A stretch of 64,000 nucleotides of DNA. Source: Phaeosaccion multiseriatum. Taxonomy: Eukaryota; Protista; Ochrophyta, other classes. Made by a program: the position numbers and the translations under genes. Numbering within the stretch: the stretch's first letter is position 1; every line of letters starts with the position of its first letter. Below the pieces are notes generated by a model. It was not told the DNA's origin, did not search any database, and saw nothing but the letters and a program-made list of their open reading frames with translations. Positions 55,949 through 64,000 of this stretch are shown here, piece after piece. The stretch spans positions 2,542,001-2,606,000 of the forward strand of contig OZ218950.1 of assembly GCA_965112735.1 (NCBI GenBank), written 5' to 3'.

Positions 55949-57673
55949 TTCTTGCACTGCCACAAGTGCCCCGCCTCTGAGCGGACACAACATGCATGCT
56001 CCCTTGACCGCGTCACTGTCCTTCTTCTTCTTCTTCTTCTTCCTCGCTGCTGCTGCTGATGAAGAGCTCCCCGCCCCACCCCCGCTCTGCTCTTGCTGCT
56101 GCTGCTGTTGTTGATGTTGTTGTTGTTGCATCACTAACTGCGGTGCTGCCCCTGTCGCCCCTGTCGCCCCTCCCGCTGCTCCCGCTGCTGCTGCCGTTGC
56201 TGCTGCTGCCGTTGCTGCTGCTGCCGTTGCTGCTGCTGCCGTTGCTGCTGCTGCCTGGCTCCGCTCCTCCTCCACCCCCTCACACCGCTGACAGAGCCAC
56301 GTAGCCAACTCAAGCTCCCTGGCCGCCTGCCCATAGACTCCGTAGCACTCCCGATGCACTCCCACTCTACACTTACAGCACACAAGCAGCCCCTGTGCCC
56401 GGTAGCACACTGCGCACACCTTGGCCATGCGCGCTCCCTCCACCCGAAGCCTCTTCCTCCTCGCGCGTTTGGACAAAGTCGGGCCTTCCCACCCACCCCC
56501 CCCCCCTCCTCCTCCTCCTCCTCCTCCTCCTCCTCCGTCGTTCTCCGAGCACTCTTCCTCCTCATCGGTGAACTCTTCATCCGCTGAAGAATCAGCGCTG
56601 CCCTCCACATCGCTGCTCCTCCCACTGCTGGTCATGTCTCCACCACCACCATCATTATCACCGTCGTCGTCAACATCTTCTCCTTCCTCGTCAGAGGAAA
56701 CGCCCCCAATTTGATCCTGATACTTCTTGAGCGTTAACCATGTCGGGCCCTCTCTCTCCCTTGTGAGCTGAACGAGACTGTAACCGTCCTCAAACTCGCA
56801 CCACACGTAGCCGGCGTCTCTCAGCAGCTTGCGCTCCTCTCTCTCCGGAGCCAGCTCTGGTCCACTCGACTTGGGGTTTAGTATTGGGTTGCAAGTGGGA
56901 GAGAGGGAGAAGGAGAGGGAGGGAGAGGGAGAGAGGGGGGAGGGGAGGGAGAGGGAAAGGCAGAGAGAGGGAGAGGGGGGGGGGAGGTACAACAGAGGAG
57001 GGGCGAGGATCTTAACGCGACATTCAATCGGCAGAATATCTTCATCTCATCTCTCACCTGGATCAGTCCCCGATACCACCTGAAGTTCGTGCCCCTCATC
57101 TTGAACTTGTGGTAGATGAATTGGTGCCCTTTGGAAGGCAACCCCAGCAAAGCAGGACGTCGATGGAGGACGAAGAGGACGATGAACAGGTGTGAGCCGA
57201 CAGAGAGGGAGGGCGCCATTTAGTGACAATCAACCAAACACAGATTCACAAGAATAAAGAATACCTTCTCGTCCCCTCTCTCTACTTCTCTTATTTACTC
57301 ACGCAGCTTCATTCCCTTATTCCTGTGTTTGTGTCTTTTTCTCTTCCTATGTCGTATGTCTTCCCTCTGTCTCCCCCTCCCTTTCCCTCCCCTCCCTTTC
57401 TCCCCCTCACCTTTGGAGTCTCGAGGCACCTTATTGACGCAACTTGGCCCCCCTGCTATTTTCTTCTTGCAGTCCTTGTGCTGAAGTGGAAGCGTGTGAG
57501 GAAGCATGGGCCATTAAGGGGGCGTTGAGTCTGTAAGAGGGGGGAGCCACGATGAAAGCTTGGCACCTTCTGCTCACCTCGCAGGACTGCGTACTCTTCC
57601 CGTTCTTATGATTGACCACGTTGACAATGCAGCATTCCCCACACACCCACTTGATACGAGCTGGTAGCGGCAT
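53796..57673 (-). CDS. PHD plus extended-PHD (PZP-like) chromatin-reader protein. Exons approx. 57673-57578, 57480-57411, 57129-57058, 56869-55802, 55095-54428, probable last exon 53880-53796
   Basis: PHD CAVCYRAQGLLVCCKCRVGVHRECYGV...WLCQRC. ePHD CMLCPLRGGAL...YVHVLCA...CEFC...HCSC...CSVRFHASCA...VCASH. N-terminal Cys cluster and an aromatic beta-rich segment. The terminal exons are less certain. Confidence 0.75.
54164..54314. repeat. 21-bp tandem repeat x7, intronic
   Basis: TACG(T/G)AAGAGGCTGGACCAAA repeated 7 times without spacers. Confidence 0.95.
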
Positions 57674-57954
57674 GGTGCACAGAGAGGCGAAGCGTCCAAG
57701 GGAAAGTTGGGTAGAGGAGAAGGGAGGACCAATATCCTGAAATTCACACTTATTTCCATATTCTTCTTGCGTTACATTGTATCCTCCCTCCACCTCTTCA
57801 TCCTCCTCACCCTCCACCCTCCCTTTCCTCTCCTCGCCTCCCTCCACCCCTCCATCCTCCTCACCCTCTTCTAACCAGTACTTTTCTTCCACCTTCCCCC
57901 CCCTCCTCCTCCTCCTCCTCCTCCTCCTCCTCCTCCTCCTCCTCTCAGTCCTCC

Positions 57955-60900
57955 TCATCGCCTGGCCTGCTTCATCTTCTTCGCCAGACGCTCCTCTTCC
58001 CCAAATCCGACGCTGTACGCCGTGCTATCGCTCTCCATCTTCCTCCTGAGCAACTTCAGTCCAGCCAAGTTGGTCCCCACCACATCCTTTGCACTGTGCA
58101 GCTGCTGCCTCAGCTGCTGCCTCAGCTGGTCCAAGAGGTAGATCATGGTGTGATTAGAGACCATTTGAGCGTGATGCACGCGAACGAGGAAGGTGGCGCA
58201 GCGAGCCATCGACTCCACCTCCAGCCCTGTACATGTACATGTAGCGAGTCAGCATAGAAAGTAGAGAGAGGGAGAAGGGAGGGAGGGAGGGAGGGAGGGA
58301 GGGAGGGAGGGAGGGAGGGAGGGAGGGAGGGAGGGAGGGAGGGAGGGAGGGAGGGGAAGGGTCATGAGCGAATGGCATAAAAAAAGGAAGGGGGACTTCC
58401 AGTCTTTGACCTCCAGGAGGCACCAGAAAGCACATGACAGATGGCAGCAGATGACAGATGGCAGAGATGAGGGAGGAAGAGGAGGAAGGTGGATCAACAG
58501 AAAAACACAGCCCCTGCCCCGCGCACGCGCACACCCACATCCCAAACGCATACATACGCACGCACACATCCACACACGCACGCCACGCACGCACGCACGC
58601 ACACACGCACACACGCACACGCGCACCTCTCCAGAGCAACTCCACGAGAAAGCCTGTGAGGGCCTCGACATGGCTGAAAGACAACACAAGCAATGCCTGC
58701 TCCAGCTCCGGGGCCTGGAGAGGAAGGAGGCAGCGCAGGAAGAGAGGGGGAAGGGAGGGTGGAGAGAGGGAAGAGAGAGGACAGAATAGACACGGAAGGG
58801 AGGGAAGAGAAGGAAGAGAAAGAAGAGAAACAAGAGAAGGCAGATTGGAAGGTTGGTCATTCGTGAGGATTGGACTGAGTCGTGTGTGAGTGAGTGAGTG
58901 AGTGAGTGAGTGAGTGAGTGAGTGAGTGAGCTGAGTGAGTGAGTGATTGAGTGAGTGAGTGAGTGAGTGATTGAGTGAGTGAGTATTGAGTGAGTGGGTA
59001 AGTGAGTGATTGAGTGAGTGATTGAGTGAGTGAGTGGGTAAGTGAGCGAGTCCGCCAGGGCCTTTCTTCATAGTGCAAAGACACCCCAACCAAGATAACT
59101 CTCCAACCCCTCCACTGCCATCCTCTCCCTAACCCACCCACTGCCATCCCCTCTGACCAAACCCATCCACTGCCATCCCACGCACTGACCTTGATGGCCT
59201 GCAGAGTGCGCAGCATGTAGCGGAGGGGGGTGAGGTTGAGCAGGAGGGGGTTCGCCTTGCGAGTAGAAGGAGGGGGGGGCTGTCCCTTCTTCAGGGCCTC
59301 CTTGACGGTGTTGTTATAGGCCTTCTCTGCCTCCCTCTGCATCATGCGTACAGAGAGGGAAAGGGTGAGGGAGAGGGAGGGGAGGGAGGGAGGGAGGGAG
59401 GGAGGGAGGGAGGGTGGGAGGGAGGCAGGGAGGGAGCGAGGGAGGGAGGGAGGGAGGGAGGGAGGGAGGGAGGGAGGGAGGGAGGGAGGGAGGGAGGGAG
59501 CGAGGGAGGGAGGGAGGGAGGGAGGGAGGGGGGGGGGAGGGAGGGGGGAGGGAGAGGAGGGAGGAAAGGAAAGGAGGGAGGGGAGGGAGGGAGGGGATGG
59601 ATAGAGGGAGGGAGGGAGGGAAGGGGGGGGGGGGACAGGGAGGCAGGGGCTTTCAGTTTCGGTTATTTATCCCAACTAACGTCGAGACCGGATACCGATG
59701 CGCTGAAGATGGGGAAGACAAGGCCGTCGAGTCAATCCATCGACTGCCATCCACCCGTAGGAAGAGAGCAACCGACATTTGTAGGTGGGGCTACTGACGA
59801 AAGAGATTCAAACACGCACCCACGAATCCACCTACCCCGCTCATGCTCGCCTTCACTTTCTTCCTTACTCACTCACTCACTCACTCACTCACTCACTCAC
59901 TCACCCACTCACTCACTCACTCACTCACTCCCTTGCCTTCCTCTCTCCCTCCCTCACTTCCTCCCCGACGGACCTCTCTGGTGGCCAACTCGAGTGCCTC
60001 CATGAGCCTTTCCCCTGCCTTCACGGACTCCACACTCTTCTGCGTCGCCAGGCCTGACTCTGGCTGACCTCCCCCTGGAGCGCAAAGGGCGGCAGTTGGT
60101 GATACAGCCAGCAGCGGTTGGTGATTCAGCAAGCAGTAAAAGTAGCACAAGGAGGAACAACAGCAGCGGGGGCGGCGGCAAGACATTGACCAACCACCCA
60201 ACCCACCCACCCCTCACCCAGCCACCCAACCAGCCAACCAACCAACCCACCCACCCCTCACCCAGTCACCCAACCAGCCAACCAACCAACCCACCCACCC
60301 CTCACCCACCCACCCAACCAGCCAGCCAACCAACCCCTCACCCACCCCTCACCCACCCACCCAACCCAACCAACCCACCCACCCACCCACCCACCCAACC
60401 ACCCAACCAACCAACCCACCCACCCCTCACCCACCCACCCACCCAACCAGCCAACCAGCCAACCAGCCAACCAACCACCGCTGATCCATCCACCCACGTA
60501 TTCACCCATCCACACACTCACCCTCCCACCCACCCACCCACCCATCCAAACAACACCAAACCAACCAACCAACCAACCAACCAATAATCCAACCAGCGCC
60601 ACCTTACCTTCCTTCGCAGCCTGCATCCCCCCTTCTTTTGGTCCTCCCTCCCTGGCAAGGTCCGCCTCGAACATCGCCTCCAGCGCCTTCTCACGCTCCT
60701 CCTCCAGAAACACCATCTCCTTCAAGGGCGAGAGAAGAGAAGAGCGGGTCGACGGACGGACGAGGTGAGAGAGGAAGGGGGGGGGGGGTAGAGAGGGAGA
60801 GAGCGAGCATTGAACATCTGAATATCCGCTCCCACACGCGGAAGGATTTCCCCCGTAGATAGAAACTACACTGAAGCCAAGTCTTTCCTTAAACCCCCTC

Positions 60901-63900
60901 CCTCCCTCCCCTCTCCTCCCGTTCCCTCCCTCTCCCCCCTCTACCCACCTCTGTCCTACTCCACACCCTCAGACTTCGATCGTGCCCCGCCGTGAGCACG
61001 AAGCTTCCATCCCTGGACACATCAAGCCCCCAGATCTCTGCTCTATGCCCTCGTAGCTCTATGATCTGCTCAAAGTGATCGGCGTCCCAGTGCTTGAGTG
61101 TCTTGTCTTTGGACACGGAGAAGAGGTAGTGGGTACCTGGTTGCAACGGAGGGAGAGGGAGAGGGAGATGGAGGGAGGCAGAGAGTGGGAGAGAGAGAGA
61201 GAGAGAGCGGGAGAGAGAGCGGGGGAGAGACAGAGAGAGGGAGAGAGGGAGAGGGGGGGGGGAGAGAGAGCGTGGGAGAGAGTGGAAATTAGGAGAAGGA
61301 GAGATAGGCGTAAGCACTTAGTCTCCTTGTGAGGGGGATACACCAGAAACGAAGAAAAGACGACCAGCAAGGGGCCGGCTTGACCACTGCTTAGTATTTG
61401 CTACACATCTACTTGACATCTACCTGACATGTGCTTGACATGTGCTTGACATGTGCTTGACATCTGCCTAACAGGTGTGCCTGACCACTGCTGGACTCAC
61501 TCACCAGGGACGAATCGGAGGCCCATGACCGTGTCTTCGTGCGCGAGCATGGAGCGATGGCAATCGCCGAAGTCCAGGCCCCAGAGCTTTATAGTCTTGT
61601 CCGCGCTCCCTGTAGGAGGGAGGGAGGGAGGGAGGGAGGGAGGGAGGGAGGGAGGGAGAGAGGGGGGGAGGGAGGGAGGGAGGGACCACATACACATACG
61701 CATACACCACATTGTAAGGGGCAAGAGGTCAGAGAGAAGCCGAGCCCACATTTCCGATCGATACAAGCAGCTGGTAGCCGCAGCAGAGCGGACACACACG
61801 CATAAGCACCAACACATACGCACTCTCCTCCTTCCCTCCCCCTCCTGTTCCTCCCTCCCTCCCTTTCCTCGCTCCCGCCCTTCTTCCCTCCCATCCATCC
61901 CTCCCTCTCTCCCTCTGCTTCTACATCCTGCCCTAATCCCTTCCTCGTTCCCTCCCTCCGTCCGTCCCTCCTTCCCTGCTGTCCCTCCCTCCCTCCTTCT
62001 CTCCTTCGCTCCCTCCGTCCGTCCGTCCCTCCCTCCTTCCCTCTCTCCCTCCTTCCCTCTCTCCCTCCCTCCCTCTCTCCCTCCCTCCCTCCTTCCCTCT
62101 CTTCCGTCCCTCCCTACCAGTGGCGAGCATCTCCCCGTCGTCGGAGATGTCCATGGCCATGACGGGGAGCTTGTGTCCGTACAGAGAGAGGAAGAACTTG
62201 AGCGAATCGTCAAAGAACACCTTCACAGTGCAGTCCAAGAGGGCCACAGCCAGCAGCAGCTTGGAGCTGGGGAAGGAAGGAAGGAAGGAAGGAGGGGAGG
62301 GAGGGAGGGAGGGAGGGAGGGAGGGGGGAGGGGGCAGCAGGGGTGAGGAAAGAAAACGAGTCCTCCTCCCCCCGCCCCGCACACACGCACACACACTTTC
62401 ACTCCTTCCTTGCTTGGTATCATTCTGTGTATTCAACTCTCTCACTCACTCACTCACTCACTCGCTCACGCACTTACTCGTTCACTCACCCACCCCCTCA
62501 CTCACGCTCTCACGCTCTCACTCTCTCACTCACCCACTCACTCACTCACTCCAATCTCTTAGCCACTCCTTCCCTCCTTCCCTCCCTTTCTCCCTTCCTT
62601 CCTTCCTTCCTTCTTTCCTTCCTTCCTTCCTTACCTGTCCTTGTGTCTGCTGTAGCGCACACACAGCACGTCGTCGCTGGTCTTAAGGGTGCGTGTGTGC
62701 ACAAGCCCAAGGCCCCCCTGGGTCATCTCGAACTCCCAACACTTGACCTGAGGAGGCATTGAGAGAGAGTGTGTGTGCGAGGGAGAGGGTCAGAGAGAGA
62801 TCGGCGGGGGGGGAGACAGAGAGAGAGAGAGGGAGAGGGTCAGAGAGAGAGAGAGAGAGGGAGAGATAGAGAGAGAATGTGTTGAAGAGAGAGAGAGACA
62901 GAGAGTGGTGTGTGAGAGAAAGTAGGGGGTGTGGGGGAGGGAGGGAGTGAGTGAGTGAGTGAGGAAGTGAGGGAGAAGGGCGGTCTCACATTATCTTTGC
63001 TTGGAAGAGAGGAGGTGGGTAAGGTGAAAGGAGCAAGACACAAGTCAGACGTATAGCGGCCATCACAAGCATATGAGCCATCACTAGTCGGAGGCATATG
63101 GGGGGTCAGAGGCCCTACCCTACCCTACCCTACCCTACCCTACCCTACCCTACCCTACCCTTCGCTACTCCTGTCCCTACCTGGTTGTCTGCGCCCCCTG
63201 TGGCCATTCCCCTCCCGTCCGGCTTGACGTCGAGGCTCCAAATGGGTCCCTCGTGGGCAGCGTAGTCATGCAGTAGCTCTCCGCTGGACAGCTCCAGCAC
63301 TTGCAAGTTACCCTACACGCACACGGGCACAAGCACACGCACACACGCACACACGCACACATTTGTTCGCATTCATGCACCAAGAGACACACAGAGAGAG
63401 AGTAGAGGGGAGGGTAGGATGGCAGTGGATGGGGAGAGGCGAAGAGAGGAGGGGGGGGGGAGGGCAGAGGCAGGGGCAGGAGCAGTGAGGAGACTTGAGT
63501 TTCCAGAGCACCAATGGTGACATGTTTTTTACCCACAGACATTACCCTGAATACCCCTGGTACATGGCGTGATAAAAGCCCTCAGAAAAGGAGGGAAGAG
63601 AAGGAGGGATAAGAGATGGAGAGAGATATAGACACAGAGAGAGGGGGGGGGTGAGAGAAAGGGAGAAGGAGAGAGAGAGATGAGATGAGATGCAGCACGG
63701 CAGGAGACAAGAGACTTATTCATTCATTCTTTCCCGCGCTCACCGCTCACGACCACTCACCTGCTTGGTGCCAATGAACAGCTGGCGGTCTCCGGGGGCA
63801 AAGCTCAGGCACAGCCCAAAGCCGCATGCCGAAGTGCGTATGCAGTTTCGGGTCTTGGCATTCCACACTATTGCGCAGGGGACGGAGGAGGGGAGATGGG

Positions 63901-64000
63901 AGAGGAGGGGAGGGGACAGGGGAGGGAGGAGGGGAGATGGGAGGGGAGGATTCAGGATAGTTCCACATCATCCACTGACGTATTCCTGCTCCTACTACTA
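57955..64000 (-). CDS. WDR3: WD-repeat SSU processome protein WDR3/UTP12/DIP2; 5' part off-window. Exons approx. 63867-63761, 63312-63181, 62746-62635, 62267-62118, 61610-61505, 61136-60949, 60720-60608, 60074-59974, 59336-59190, 58715-58627, 58226-57955
   Basis: [108 protein letters not shown], and the Utp12 domain ELEQALLVL...HHAQMVSN...[11 protein letters not shown]. Confidence 0.94.
63113..63160. repeat. (CCCTA)n pentamer; reads (GGGTA)n on the WDR3 sense strand just inside a splice donor
   Basis: About 9-10 perfect copies. Confidence 0.9.

Noticed and set aside
63040-63110. Possible intronic C/D snoRNA in WDR3 (GTGATGG...CTGA on the minus strand)
   Set aside because: Box C is imperfect, the span is only ~40 nt, and I see no terminal stem or rRNA guide.
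63113-63160. (CCCTA)n as a telomere or interstitial telomeric repeat
   Set aside because: It is a pentamer rather than TTAGGG or TTTAGGG, only ~50 bp long, and lies inside a WDR3 intron beside the donor; it fits the general G-rich 5' intron pattern.

Overview
A GC-rich, microsatellite-saturated, intron-containing eukaryotic nuclear region. A stramenopile (ochrophyte-like) alga is my inference from gene content and a possible plastid-type presequence; it is not demonstrated. Most ORFs in the six-frame track are artefacts of low-complexity repeats, so I rebuilt spliced gene models by hand from GT/GC-AG junctions and reading-frame phase. The window holds 11 protein-coding genes and one decayed transposase. 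In order: PEX6 (-, 3' end off-window); an intronless low-complexity ORF (+); a frameshifted Sola3-like DDD transposase relic (-); a GYF_2 + membrane + degenerate bacterial-type ABC ATPase gene (-); UBLCP1 (+); an APE1/ExoIII AP endonuclease (-); a single spliced gene fusing a Sir2 deacylase to a NUDT22-type Nudix hydrolase (+); a TPR + NudC/CS co-chaperone with a probable GC-AG intron (-); a very large coiled-coil/EF-hand gene (+); a fungal-type processive GT2 glycosyltransferase (-); a PHD/ePHD chromatin protein (-); and WDR3/UTP12 (-, 5' end off-window). The best candidate for an undescribed system is the sirtuin-Nudix fusion, which sits head-to-head with APE1 across a short promoter containing a palindrome. 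Next come the GYF-ABC putative pseudo-ATPase and a dispersed intronic motif (GATGGCAGTG) whose orientation tracks intron polarity. I found no rRNA, tRNA or CRISPR array. Exon coordinates are hand-derived and may be off by a few nucleotides.
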